Shown here: piece after piece, positions 1-13,600 of the stretch
Position numbering within the stretch: position 1 is the first letter of the stretch
How the letters are laid out: every line of letters begins with the position of its first letter
Origin: Lingula anatina
Lineage: Eukaryota > Animalia > Brachiopoda
Assembly (NCBI GenBank): GCA_051362555.1
Contig: CM120645.1
Coordinates: 7,998,001-8,062,000, forward strand
DNA length: 64,000 bases
Reading direction: 5' to 3'
Program-made: the position numbers and the translations under genes
The notes under the pieces: model-generated
Told to the model about the DNA's origin: nothing
Seen by the model: the letters and a program-made list of their open reading frames with translations, nothing else
The model's database searches: none

Positions 1-448
1 AAAATCAAAGCCAAGGAAAATCAACGATTTGACGATTTATACTATTTTAATTTGATAATTGTTTTTGTAAATGACTGGTCACTTCATAAAAAAGGAGATT
101 TTGCATCATGGCCTAGTATCCAGCAGTATTTTCTGAAATTGCAAGATGTGCGGGCTAGCTACCATCTTGCATTAAGAAAATTGAAAACGAAAAAAGCGAC
201 GTTAGGTTAGCTTCGGATTAACTTTTTAAAGTAGTTTTATCGTTTGTAAGGTCTAAATAGTGAAATATAAGAAGCTTTACAGGATAAATACAGTATATGA
301 CCGCGGGTCATTTTTAAACACGTGCATATTACAAATTTTAAAACGCAAATTGCCTTCAATTTTCAAATTTATATTTTATTCATTATTCCGCGACTTTACA
401 TTTACTTAAATTTCCGACACAAAGCATAAGGAAAAAATAAGTACTCAC

Positions 449-506
449 CGGTTTGGTCAAATTGTTGAGAGAGAAGCAAAACAAATGCAACAGCTATTGG
501 CAGCAT
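449..506 (-). CDS. First coding exon (signal peptide) of an unidentified secreted/membrane protein; the gene continues beyond the left edge
   Basis: The minus strand reads ATG CTG CCA ATA GCT GTT GCA TTT GTT TTG CTT CTC TCT CAA CAA TTT GAC CAA ACC G|GTGAGT (MLPIAVAFVLLLSQQFDQT-G). This is a hydrophobic N-terminus ending at a consensus phase-1 donor, typical of signal-peptide exons. Confidence 0.55.
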
Positions 507-2327
507 TTTGACACAGAGGAAGATGAGAGATGTCCAACCTTGCTGTCCGGGAGAATGCCACGTTATTATCGTATATTTAACTTATCTGCATTATATACAC
601 TAGAAAACAGTTGAGAATCGACATCGGGCATGCGTTTTTACTTTTTTTTTTTTTTGACTTCCTTGTGATTGGCAGCTGCACCTTGACTTAGAAAAAAACG
701 CATACACTCCTTAAAAGGCAGTGTAGTCCGAAATCTGTTTCTTTGACAAAGTTCAACCCAGTTTTCAAAGGATTTGTAGCCAGGTAGATATGGCATATCG
801 AAAGAAATCGCGTGGTTAATTAATTTAATACCCTGTCAAGGCGGGCACGATGCGTAGGTTAATACATCGCAAATATGAATAATAAACAATCGTATCCAAC
901 CTCTGATTCCCTTTGAACGGGAAATTTTTCAACGCTACATATTTTATTTACTATTAAGTCTCCACTTCTCCTCTATCAGTATTACTTTCCACCAGAGACA
1001 AAATCACATCATAAAGAGACCCTTTTTATTAGGCGACGGAAGATAGTGCGTAAGACTTCGGGAGGTTCTTTTTATGTACAGACACAAATGTGTCTGTATA
1101 TATTGCCATCACCTGCGTCTGTCGTCGGCGTCGTAGCCGTCGTCGCCGTCGCTGTTGCCGTCGCCAGCGCCGTGCACTTTCATTGTAAACACGATAAGTG
1201 GAAGGCAGTTTTACTTTTTGGCTTTATATTTAAAGAGCTGATGAATATTCATAAAACGCAGGTCAAGTTCGAAAATCAGCATGATCGGGCCATTATTGAA
1301 GAAGTTATGCTGTTTTTTCACTTTTCAGCATATATGCAACACTGTAAACGCATTTCAAGGAAAACTGATAGGCCTGTTGTCATGAAACTCACAGGAGTAA
1401 TCGATCTTACTAAAACGCAGGTCAAGTCGAAAATCGGCATGATCGGGCCACTATTTTAGTAGTTATGCTTTTTTTTCACTTTTCAGTATATATGCAACAC
1501 TGTAAACACAATATAAGAAAAACAGATAGGCCAGTTGTCATTAAACTCACAAGAGTGGTCAATCCTGCTAAAACGCAGGTTGAATTAAAAAACCAGCATA
1601 ATCGGGCCATTATTTTAGAAGTGATGCTGTTTTTTCACATTTCCTCAGATTCAATTCTTAGGCATGTTAACAGTTTCATTATTTAATTAATAAGATACGT
1701 AAAAGTGTTTGTTTGACATTACCTGCATCTTTACAACATTGTTAGTTGATTTTGTAACAAGGCAGCAAAGCTGTCAAATGTACAGACAAAAAACAGAAAA
1801 TAAAGATGCAAAAAAGGTCATTTTGTTAATTTTGATGCAATAATAAATAATGCTTATAAAAGCACTATCAGTCAACACTGAATTTTATAATCATGCACAA
1901 CAGGTAAAATGGTCAATAACATGAGCGGACCCAGAGATATTTTCTGACAGTATTCCAAAGTATCTATTTTGATCCATCCTCCATTTTGATGGTCTTCCAA
2001 CAGAAGAAAAAATAGATACCAGGCAATATAAACTTAATAACCTGACTGTCTTCTGGAAGTCCCAGAAGATGGTCTCAATCTACCCTTTCAATAAGATTAC
2101 AGTTTCAGGACCATGAGAGTTCAAATTCACATGATGTAAGTCTCAATATTTGAAAAATGATGACAGTGCATAAAATAATATTACATAAGTAACATAATGT
2201 TTAAAGACATAAAAAACAATACAACTGCTTATGTGGAAATACAGAAATGTCAGAGTCTCAGGCGGATGAGAGTTAAAAGTCACAAATGCAAGTGTTTGAG
2301 AAAAAATTATAAAGGAAAACATAACAA

Positions 2328-2513
2328 AACTAGAAAAGCACTCTGAGAGTGCAGACCTCTGCCAAGGTAGCAATTGTTGATTATTATTGATTTTTGTCCT
2401 CTTTGGCCCACTTCTGACAGTTCCTGAAAATTTCAGCAAAATCGGTCCATAACTTTTTGAGTTATGTTGATGACAAACAGGGGTGAAAATATAACCTCCT
2501 TGGCAGAGGTAAA
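2328..2513 (-). mobile_element. Short HINE of a second family nested in the large element
   Basis: Minus strand starts TTTACCTCTGCCAAGGAGGTTATATTTTCACCCCTGTTTGTC and ends CCTTGGCAGAGGTCTGCACTCTCAGAGTGCTTTTCTAGTT. It has subTIR ACCTCTGCCAAGG, 3' hairpin GCACTCTCAGAGTGC and a CTAGT end. Confidence 0.7.
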
Positions 2514-2558
2514 TATAATTCCAATGAAGCTGCTATTCAAACTTTTAATCTTTCAGTT

Positions 2559-2560
<2 letters not shown>

Positions 2561-2626
<66 letters not shown>
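2561..2626. repeat. (AT)n microsatellite (paralogous tract at ~5970-6012)
   Basis: Pure AT dinucleotide run. Confidence 0.95.
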
Positions 2627-2628
<2 letters not shown>

Positions 2629-5125
2629 CTTATTTGCAATATTAAACAAAATTTACCTGCATAACTATCACTGCTTCCTTATTATTTATCTAGCAGAGAG
2701 CTTAACCTATGGGAGTTTACAGGGAAATATCAACAAGTGTGCTTTATGTAATCTCAAATCACAAGTGTGCTTTATGTAGCCTATCAATTAGGCAAATTAC
2801 TTTATAACTGAAATTAGCGAAGTGATACCCAAGGGAAATTTATAGACTGACCCTCTCAAAGGTCTTTCAGGCCCATAAGTCACAACTTAAGAAGAGCACA
2901 AAACAATAATGCACAAAATAGGAGACTACCACTTCTGATGCAATAATACATTATGTTTAACTGCACAGTCAACATCAAATTTTAATTTTGCACAACAGGT
3001 AACACTGACGAAAGTAAAAGCATAAGGCTCCAGGCCCATCAGAGTTCAAGTTTATACTTAGAAAGTGCCAGAATGAGAAAAATGAAATTTCACACAAAAT
3101 TGCATTAAATTCAATAATAAATGATAACCCAATAGACCTGGCTTTCTAATTTGAACTGCATGCCAATCCTAAAAATCATACTCTTAAGTTAAATATAATA
3201 ATAAATAACACAGTTTTCTTTTCATAATGTTTGCAGTAGCAGTGCAAAAAGATTATTGTCAATTTTGATGTTACATTACATAATAAATTATAGAATAATT
3301 ATCACCAATTTTTGATTATTGACTATAAATAGCATGAACATGTAGAAAATTTGATTACCATCCAGCTTCATGTCCATGGGAGCTCCGAGTCCCACCATGA
3401 ATATGCCAAAAAGATAATGAATATTTCACTAAAATGTATAACTTCCAGAAAAAGAAGCCCATTAGACTGCTTTTCCAACTTGGGCTGCATTTTAGTCCTG
3501 TGTTTCTTTTTTGAAAGTTTGACAATCATAAGTAACACGGTTTTCCCATCATGGTCATCATGGCAGATGTGGATGATTGAATCTGACAAACTGCAATGAT
3601 ATGAGTTTATTTCCATTTTGGACACTTGATTACACAATACATGATAACAAGTTTACCATCATTTTTACATAATCAACTAACAATGTTGTAAAGATGCAGG
3701 AAATATCAAACAAACACTTTTACGTATCTTATTAGTTCAATAATGAGACCGTTAACATGCCTAAGAATTGAATCTGAGGAAATTTGAAAAAACAGTACAA
3801 CTTCTAAAATAATGGCCCGATAACGCTGATTTTCGAACTCAACCTGCATTTTTGTAAGATTGACCACTCCTGTGAGTATAATGACAATTGGCTAAGCTGT
3901 TTTTCTTATATTGTGTTATTAATGTTGCATATATGTTGAAAAAAGTGAAAAAACAGCATAAAAAAATTAAAAGAAAATGTAAAATAAAACATAACAAAAA
4001 ATACCAATAAAGCTGCTATTCAAACTTTTAATCTAGCTGTACAATTACTAACATGATATGAATTACCCTATTGAGTTTGAGAATAATAAGGCATTGTTAT
4101 TCATCTTTAGCATTAATGTAAGCGTTACACAAAATTTTTTTTGTAAACTTATTTTCCATATTAAATAACATTTACCTGCATAATAATCATCGCTTCCTAA
4201 TTATGTGACACAGTTAAGAAAGCTAAACCGATGGGACTTTACAATGAAATCTCAATGTGTGTTTATGTAATCTCATTTAATACCCACTTGAAAATTAATT
4301 AAGCAAATTATTTTATAACCCTGAAATAACTTGAAAATCAATTAAGCAAATTATTTTATAACCCTGAATTAACTGCCTACTATCCATATACATTTATTGC
4401 ACCAAATAGCACTGTACTGCATTGCTTTCAAAACAGAAAACAATTACGATGGTTTTCCAACACAAGCTGCACTTCAGTCTTTTCAGTAAGGTTGATTATC
4501 ATAAGTAACATGGTTTTCCCTTAATCGCTATCCTGGCAGCAGTGTCCAAAATAGGGTTTTCTTTAACTTTCATGCAATATAACATAATACTTAACAGCAT
4601 AATGACCATCAAATTTTTTATAAAAAAATAAAAGTATCATGGATATTCAGAAAATGTGATATGGAAAGGTCTTCAAGGACATGGAAGTTAGGGTCACACT
4701 TTCAAAATGCCAAAATGTTAACAAGAGATAACTGTACCGAAATGATTTTCTTTCCATTTTCAACACCTTTTTTACATAAAACCATCATCAATTAACTGTC
4801 ATTTTTAAATGATCAACTAGGAAAATTGTTGACATAGGAAAAATATCAATAGAACAATTTATAATGTCCAATTAGCTCCATTTGGAGATTCTGAACATAG
4901 TAAATGATTGAATCTGACGAACTGCAATGATGAGTTCCTTTCAATTTTTGATACTTTATTACACAATGCAGGATAATAGGTTTACCGTCATTTTTATATA
5001 ATCAACTAACAATATTGTTAAGAAGCAGAAAATGTTAAAACAACACTTTAACATATCCAATTAGTACCGTTATGAGACTGTTAACATGCTTAAGAATTAA
5101 ATCTGAAGAAAAACCACTTATATAC

Positions 5126-5967
5126 AACAAGGCAGCAAAGCTGTCAAATGTACAGACAAAAAACAGAAAATAAAGATGCAAAAAAGGTCATTTTGTCAAT
5201 TTTGATGCAATAATAAATAATGCTTATAATAGCACTGTCAGTCAACACTGAATTTTAATCTTGCACAACAGGTAACATGGTCAATAACAGGAGCAGACCC
5301 AGAGATATTTTCTGACAGTATTACAAAGAATCTATGTTGATCCATCCTCCATTTTGATGGTCTTCCAACAGAAAAAAATAGATACCAGTCAATATAAACT
5401 TAATAACCTGACTGTCTTCCGGAAGACCCAGAAGATGGTCTCAATCCACCCCTTCAATAAGATTACAGTTTCAGGACCATGAGAGTTCAAATTCACATTA
5501 TGAAAGTCTCAATATTTGAAAAATGATGACAGTGCATAAAATAATATTACATAATGTTTAAAGACATAAAAAACAATACAACTGCTTATGTAGAAATACA
5601 GAAAATGTGCAGAGCCCCAGGCAGATGAGAGTTAAAAGTCACAAATGCAAGTGTTTGAGAAAAAATTATAAAGGAAAACAACAAAACTAGAAAAGCACTT
5701 TGAGAGTGCAGACCTCTGCCAAGGCAGCAATTGTTGATTATTATTGATAATTGATTGATTATTGATCCGGACCACCACCAAAAATTAATCATTGTCCTCT
5801 TTGGCCCACTTCCGACAGTTCCTGAAAATTTCTGCAAAATCGGTCCATAACTTTTTTGTGTTATGTGGATGACAGACAAACAGGGGTGAAAATATAACCT
5901 CCTTGGCAGAGCTTGAGGTAAATATAATTCCAATGAAGATGCTATTCAAACTTTTAATCTTCCAGTT

Positions 5968-6016
<49 letters not shown>

Positions 6017-8560
6017 AAACTTATTTGCAATATTAAACAAAATTTACCTGCATAATTATCACTGCTTCCTTATTATTAATCTAGCAGAGAGCTTTACCTT
6101 TGGGAGTTTACAGGGAAATATCAACAAGTGTGCTTTATGTAATCTCATTTAATGGCCTATTAAAGCAAATGACTTTATAACTCTGAAATTAATCTACTGA
6201 TACCCAAGGGTAATTTACAGACTGACCCACTCAAAGGTCTTCAGGCCCATAAGTCACACCTTAAGAAAAGCACAAAACCATAATGCCCAAAATAGGAGAC
6301 TACCAATCCTGATGCAATAATACATTATGTTTAACTGCACAGTCAACATCAACTTATGCACAACAGGTCACACAGACGAAAGTAAAAGCATAAGGCTCCA
6401 GGCCCATCAGAGTTCAAGTTTATACTTAGAAAGTGCCAGAATGAGAAAAATGAAAATTTCACAAAAAATGCATAAATACAATAAACATGATAATCCAATA
6501 GAGCTGGTTTTCTCATGAGCTGAAGGCCAATCCTAAAAATCGTACTTGTAAGTTTAAAATTATAATAAGTGGCACAGTTTTCTTTTCATAATGTTTGCAG
6601 TAGCAGTGCAAAAAGATTGTTGTCAATTTTGATGTAACATTACATAATAAATTAGAGAATAATTATCACCAATTTTTGTTTATTGCATATAAATAGGATG
6701 GACATGTAGAAAATATGATTACCATTTGGCTTCATGTCCATGGGAGCTCCGAGTCCCACAATGAATATGCCAAAAAGATAATGAATATTACACTAAAATG
6801 TATAACTTCCAGAAAAAGAAGCCAATTAGACTGCTTTTCTAACTCAGGCTGCATTTTAGTCCTGTGTTTCTTTTTTGAAAGTTTGACAGTCATAAGTAAC
6901 ACGGTTTTCCCATAATGGTCATCAAGGCAGCAGCACCAAAAATTGTGTTTTCTTCTATTTTGATGCAACATAACATAATGCTTAACAGCATAATGACCAT
7001 CGATTTTTAATAATAAAATATAAGTGTCATGAATTTTCACAAAATGTGACTAGCATGGGTCTTCAAGCCCGTGGAGGTTCTAAGTCACACCTTGGAAATG
7101 CCAATATGTGAAAAATTAAATTTTCACAAAAAACTGTTTAATTGCCAGAAAAATTTACCAGACTGACTGCATTGCCTACTGAAGCTGTATTTTAGTCCCA
7201 TGTTTCTTTCCTGTAAGTTTGAGAACAGTAAGTGACATGATTTTCCTTAAATGGTCATCATGGGAGCAGTGCCCAAAATAGGGGTTTCTTCAAATTTTGA
7301 TGGAATATTACATAATGTTTTACAGCATAATGACCATCAATTTGTAATTAGAAAATATTAGCATCATAGTTATTCAGAAAATGTGACAAGCAAAAGTCTT
7401 CAGGCCCATGGAACTTCAAAGTCACATATTGAAAATGCCAAAATGTAAACAAGACAGCACTGTTCTGAAATGGGTTTATTTCCATTTTTAACACTTTTTT
7501 AACATAAAACAAAATAAACAGTTTACTGCCATTTTTATATGACCAATGAAGAAAATTGATGAGATGGGAAAAGTATCAATAGAACAGTGTTAAATGTCCA
7601 ACTTCCTCCATTCTGAGATTCTGAACATAGTGGATGAATGCATCTGACAAACTGCAATGATATGAGTTTATTTCCATTTTTGACACTTTATACACAATAC
7701 ATGATAACAAGTTTACCATCATTTTTAAAAAATCAACTAACAATGTTGTAAAGATGCAGGAAATGTCAAACAAACACTTTTACGTATCTTATTAGTTCAA
7801 TAATGAGACTGTTAACATGCCTAAGAATTGAATGTGAGGAAATGTGAAAAAACAGCATAACTTCTAAAATAATTAACTGATTATGCTGATTTTCAAACTC
7901 AACCTGCGTTTTAGTAAAATTGGCCCCTCCTGTGAGTATAATGACAATTGGCCAATCTGTTTTTCTTATATTGTGTTATCAGTGTTGCATATATACTGAA
8001 AAAAGTGAAAAAACAGCATAAATTCCCTATAAGTGACCCGATCGTGCTGATTTTCGAACTTGACCTGCGTATTATGAATATTTATCAGTTCTGTAAGTTT
8101 CAAGCCAAAAGGTAAAATGGTTTTCCACTTATCGTGTTATCGGTGCTGCACATATGCTGAAAAAAGAGAAAAAATAGCCTAAATTCACTAAAAATGACCC
8201 AATCACGCTGATTTTCGAACTTGATCTCCGTATTATGTATATTCATCAGTTCTGTAAGTTTCAAGCCAAAAGGTAAAATGGTTTTCCACTTATCGTGTTA
8301 TCGGTGCTGCATATATGCTGAAAAAAGTGAAAAAACAGCATAAATTCCATATAAGTGACCCGATCATGCTGATTTTCGAACTCGACCTGCGTATTATGAA
8401 TATTCATCAGTTCTGTAAGTTTCAAACAAAAAGAAAAAACAGTTTTCCACTTATCGTGTTATCGGTAAAAGTGCACGGCGACGGCGACGACGGCAACGAC
8501 GGCGACGACAGACGCAGATGACGGCTATATGTACAGACACATCTGTGTCTGTACATAAAA
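5126..8560 (-). mobile_element. Apparently complete ~3.4-kb HINE-like element
   Basis: Both termini are present (5' hairpin and microsatellite at 8475-8560; 3' subTIR and hairpin at 5126-5165). 5126-6910 is a close copy of 1757-3545. Confidence 0.7.
5685..5923 (-). mobile_element. Second copy of the short nested HINE
   Basis: Same termini as 2328-2513, at the equivalent position in the duplicated host element, with extra internal sequence. Confidence 0.7.
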
Positions 8561-10070
8561 AGGCTAATAACTTCATCAAAACTTAACTGATCAAGCTTAT
8601 TTTCAAACTTGATCTGTATACTGGTCAGATTGATCACTCCTGTGAGTTGCAAGACAAAAGGCTGATTGGTTTTCCTTAAAATGCGTTATCAGTGTTGCAT
8701 GTATGCTGAATAAAGGGAAAAAAACAGCATTACTTTTGTAAAAATAGTCCAATCATGCCAATTTTCAAACTTGACCTGCGTATTATAAATATTCACCAGT
8801 TCTGTAAATTTCAATCCAAGGAAAGGAAAAACATTTTTACACTTATCATGTTATCGGTGTTATAAAAGTGCTGAAAAAATTGAAAAAAAAAACAAAAAAA
8901 AAAACAGGATAACTTCCATAAAAATTGCCTGATCTTGCTGATTTTCAAACTTGACCTGCGTATTATGAATATTCATTAGTTCTGTAAGTTTCAAGCCAAA
9001 TGAAAAAACAGTTTTACACTTATTGTGTTATCAGTGCTGCATATATGCTGAAAAAAGTGAAAAAACAGCATAAATTCCCTAACAATAATCGAATCATGCT
9101 GATTTTCGAACTTGACTTGCGTATTATGAATATTTATCAGTTCTGCAAGTTTCAAGCCAAAAGGTAAATTGGTTTTCCACTTATGGTGTTATCGGTGCTG
9201 CATATATGCTGAAAAAAAGTGAAAAAACAGCATAAATTCCCTAAAAATGACCCAATCATGCTGATTTTCGAACTTGACCTGTGTATTATGAATATTAATC
9301 AGTTTTGTAAGTTTCAAGCCAAAAGGTAGAATGGTTTTCCACTTATCGTGTTATCGGTGCTGCATATATGCTGAAAAAGTGAAAAAACAGCATAAATTCC
9401 CTAAAAATGGCCCAATCATGCCGATTTTCGAACTTGACCTGCATATTATGAATATTCATCAGTTCTGTAAGTTTCAAGTCAAAAGGTACAATGGTTTTCC
9501 ACTTATCGTGTTATCGGTGCTGCATATATGTTGAAAAAAGTGAAAAAACAGCATAAATTCCCTAAGAGTGACCCGATCATGCTGATTTTCGAACTTGACC
9601 TGCGTATTATGAATATTCATCAGTTCTGCAAGTTTCAAATCAAAAGGCAAAATGGTTTTCCACTTATCGTGTTATCGGTAAAAGTGCACGGCGACGGCGA
9701 CGACGGCGACGACAGCGACGACAGACGCAGATGATGGCTATATGTACAGACACATCTGTGTCTGTACATAAAAACAGCATAAATTCCTTAAAAGTGACCC
9801 AATCATGCCGATTTTCGAACTTGACCTGCGTATTATAAATATTCATCAGTTCTGTAAGTTTCAAGTCAAAAGGTAAAATGGTTTTTCACTTATCGTGTTA
9901 TCGGTGCTGCATATATGCTGAAAAAAGTGAAAAAACAGCATAAATTCCCTAAAAGTGACCCGATCATGCTGATTTTCGAACTTGACCTGCGTATTATGAA
10001 TATTCATCAGTTCTGCAAGTTTCAAGTCAAAAGGTAAAATAGTTTTCCACTTTTCGTGTTATCGGTAAAA
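7840..10070 (-). repeat. ~160-bp tandem satellite inside the HINE 5' regions
   Basis: The monomer ...GCTGAAAAAAGTGAAAAAACAGCATAAATTCCCTAAAAATGACCCAATCATGCTGATTTTCGAACTTGACCTGCGTATTATGAATATTCATCAGTTCTGTAAGTTTCAAG... recurs near 7996, 8156, 8317, 9048, 9209, 9370, 9530 and 9918. Inverted, more diverged monomers lie at ~1190-1640. Confidence 0.9.
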
Positions 10071-10675
10071 GTGCACGGCGACGGCGACGACAGCGACGAC
10101 GGCGACGACAGACACAGATGATGGCTATATGTACAGACACATCTGTGTCTGTACATAAAAATGATGGTAAACTTGTTATCGTGTATTGTGTAATAAAGTT
10201 TCAAAAATGGAAATAAACTCGTATCATTGCAGTTTGTCATATTCAATCATTCACTATGTTCAGAATCTCAGAATGGAAGAAATTGGACATTTAACACTGC
10301 TCTATTGATATTTTTCCCATCTCATCAATTTTTTGGACTGACATTTCTTTCCAGCATCACAACAGCATACAGTTAAATTTAATCTGTTTTTATTTTATAT
10401 TTCTTTTATAGGATCGAAATGGCTTAATAATACTATGGAAATGATTGTTATACGTTTAGCTTGTACAGCTCATAATGTCAAAAAAGTCTTTCTTTGTCAC
10501 CATCATTTAATATTTCATGTCTTTACATAAAAAGTGTCTGCTGTCTGGCGGAATCACAAAGTCAACATAAATCCTTGATTGACCCTGCCTCCATTTCCAC
10601 ACTGGTCGCAAACTCTGCCTATGTCCTGTTTGCTTTCAGACTCAATTTTTGCCCACATACATCCATCTTTTCCTT

Positions 10676-13600
10676 TTACTGGTATGTATTCCTCGTCACA
10701 AATATTGTCTCCGGATGTGGTGGGGTCACAGACGTCAATTCATCTTCAACGCCCTCTAGTGCCCAATTATGATCACATAATTCTAATGCTTCCCATTCAG
10801 CCTGGAGATAAATAACAGACACGTAAAGCTGAACATAATGCTGAGAGAAAAAGTAGAGAATGAGGGTGAAAAGGCATCAAAATTGTTGCTGGGAGTCCCA
10901 CGCCAATGAACGTACGCATAAAGAGATTTGAAAACTAGCCATTATAAGTGATTTTTCCTCAATGAATAGAAAATACTGAAATAGTTTACCTCCAAAATGT
11001 CAATATTAGATGCTGATTAAAGTAAGATCAATTTACTCTTATAACATTAGAGAGCTGATGAAATTCTCAAACCTTGAAAGCTTTGGCAGGGTCCTGTGGC
11101 ATGGCCATGGCGGCTCCTGACATCTGATCCTGCATCACCTTGGTCTGATCTGCAGCTGAAATGACACAGAATGATACAGTATTACTCACTAAATTCAAAC
11201 CACATGGATGAAAAATATGTCGTCCCCCCCCCCCCCCCCCCCAACATAAAAAAAGATAATTAATGAATTTTTTTTAATAAATCAATCAAAGAAAAGATTT
11301 GTTAACAATACTTAAAACTGTTGATTAGAATATTATCGAAAGTTGGCTGACTTTGTGTCAGAAGGTAAGCTGTTGTCAGTGTCTGGAAATTTTTAAAAGT
11401 AAAAATATGAGAAAATAGGAAATTTTAAGTAACTTGACTGCAATGTTGGTACATACACAGGCATGAAAGGTTACTTTTAGAAACAGATTCATTGTTGCCT
11501 ATGAAAGACAGATGATTCTTATGTTGACAAAATTTAAAATTATTTTCTTGAAAATAAAATTGATCCACCTAATATGGTGTCAAGCTGGAATTCTTCTAAA
11601 AAGAAACAAATTAATTTGAAAACTTGACGAAAATATGTTTTTGCATGATTCAGTGGAAAGTAAGGTCATCTTTACATGGAAAAAATATAATAATGAAATT
11701 ACAGTCAGCTTACCATTATCTTGGCCAAGAATGAGATTGTACATGCTCCTAAGTCCAAATACATTGAGGAAATACCAACTAGCTGAGCTGACCCTGGAAA
11801 AAAATATATATAATAATATACTCCATCACATTCAATAAAGCAGTATAAACATAATCAAACAGTTACTCAATATACCATCTTATTAACTGTTGACATTCTT
11901 ACAATGAATGCTGTTAAATAGTATTTTATAATATAATAATATTCTGATCTGGTATTTCTGCGTCAGGTGGAATCATTATTACGAACAGCTTATTACGAAC
12001 AGCTTTACTTTCTAGAACAATATAAAATATAGAAAAGTTAAATTATGATCTCAGCACAGAATTTAAAGAAGTTAAAATATATAATTAAATATAAGTATAA
12101 CAATTCCCTCTACCATGATGCATCCAGCGAGATCAATTCTACACCTCTCTGTAACATAGGCTTGAAGCGGAAAGTGAGCGGAAAAGGGACTTTTGCTGAA
12201 ATAAAAATTCAAAAATTGCTGATTTGGCACAATATATGATCACATTAAAAAAGAGGACAGAGAATCAAACAAAATATAATTTTTCAAAAATTTTATTGTA
12301 TTCTTAAGTAGCAGAACGAAAAGTCACACAGGCTACATCAATTTTTTCACATTAAACACGGAAATAAATTTAATAAAAGAAATAGCAACACATTGATATT
12401 TTTATTCAATGTCAAAGACAATATATACATTTGGAATATCCTAAATTTTAGTTTGTCCACTCTGACATCTTTTAAAAACTACCAACCATGTTACTTACTT
12501 GTAAGAAACCCAGAAAAAGCCCAGTTGATCCAGCCTCCAATCACTATCATGGGCAGCACGTTGGTCACATTACCTTTTAACATATCTGTCATCATACTGG
12601 GATCTGAAATAATGAACGACTTATACTAGTCTGTGCCATAAACTTTACTCCTACTGGGCCTTTGGTACACCAGGGTCTAAGGGCACATTCAAAACAAGTT
12701 GATCTGCCTAGTAACAGATTTGTGGATAAAACATGGCCAACCCACTTGGAAGCTTGCCATAGAATCCCCTAATAGACACTGAATAGATTCACCCTGGGAT
12801 TACGCTTTGAAGTGGGTGGCCATATTTGATCCCCAGACCCAGATCTGACAGTTGGTAGATCAACTTTGGTTGTGAATGCAGCCTAAGAATTCACTGGTCA
12901 AATAAGGGGCAGTAACTGAATAAAATTTTACTGGCCACGACTTCATATTTACTGTCATTTGGTATGGGGCTCGTGTTAATATTGTAGACTGAAAAATTCA
13001 CTCAGATTAAAATACAGCTGCAGGTAGATATGTTTACAACACATTGAAGATGTTAATGTTTGTCCTTTAAGATTTGTTGACTTTCAGCCTACCAATCATA
13101 AATAAGAAAGTAATTTATTGAAGTCCATTTCCATTCAAAATGAACTACCTAACCTGTCATAGGATTTTTCATCTGTGGTTCCTTCTTCATTCCCTCTTGT
13201 AGCACCCCTGTCTCCTTTTCATTAAAATAACTTTTTCTCATGGCAAAGGCCTGAATATTGAAAAGATAAAGCAAGATGCATATCGACACTTGGAAAAGAG
13301 GCAACTGTTTTATTAATACACAATCAATATTTTCAAAAAAATTAATTGCATTTGTAAAAAAAGCTCATAATTTCATTTGCACACACAAATGCTGTTGTTT
13401 TAGATTTCAGTTTTTAAACATGTAACTTAGAATAAATCTAAAATCTTTAAAAAATATTGCCCCAGAGATTCTTTTTTATAGAAATATATAGATTCAGATT
13501 CTTTATTGACAAACACCTTCACATAAAGGTATAATCAATTACAATACGATACTAGTGGCTAGAACATAGAACAGACAAATAAATAGATAAATAAATATAT

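Larger units (their letters stand above)
1069..10333. mobile_element. Nested cluster of one non-autonomous Helentron/HINE (DINE-1-like) family: one + copy split by several - copies
   Basis: The 5' module is a T-run, then the hairpin TGTACAGACAC-N4-GTGTCTGTA(C/T)A, then a (GTC/GCC)n microsatellite; it occurs at 1069 (+) and at ~8560, ~9772, ~10160 (-). The 3' module (subTIR TGTCTGTACA, hairpin GACAGCTTTGCTGCC, TTGTT) occurs at ~1757 and ~5126 (-). Internal tandem repeats are present and there is no transposase ORF. The architecture matches described HINE elements. Confidence 0.75.

Noticed and set aside
1046-1686. 137-aa and 73-aa ORFs, and similar ORFs at 8315-10246
   Set aside because: Chance reading frames through the HINE microsatellite and the 160-bp satellite; no Rep/helicase or other domain motifs.
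7840-10070. Regular repeats as a possible CRISPR-like array
   Set aside because: The monomers are contiguous with no unique spacers, there are no cas genes, and the context is eukaryotic. It is a satellite.
1069-10160. A single giant TIR/foldback transposon with inverted ends at 1069 and 10160
   Set aside because: The + copy continues past 10160 to ~10333, so the inversion is better explained by opposite-orientation nesting.
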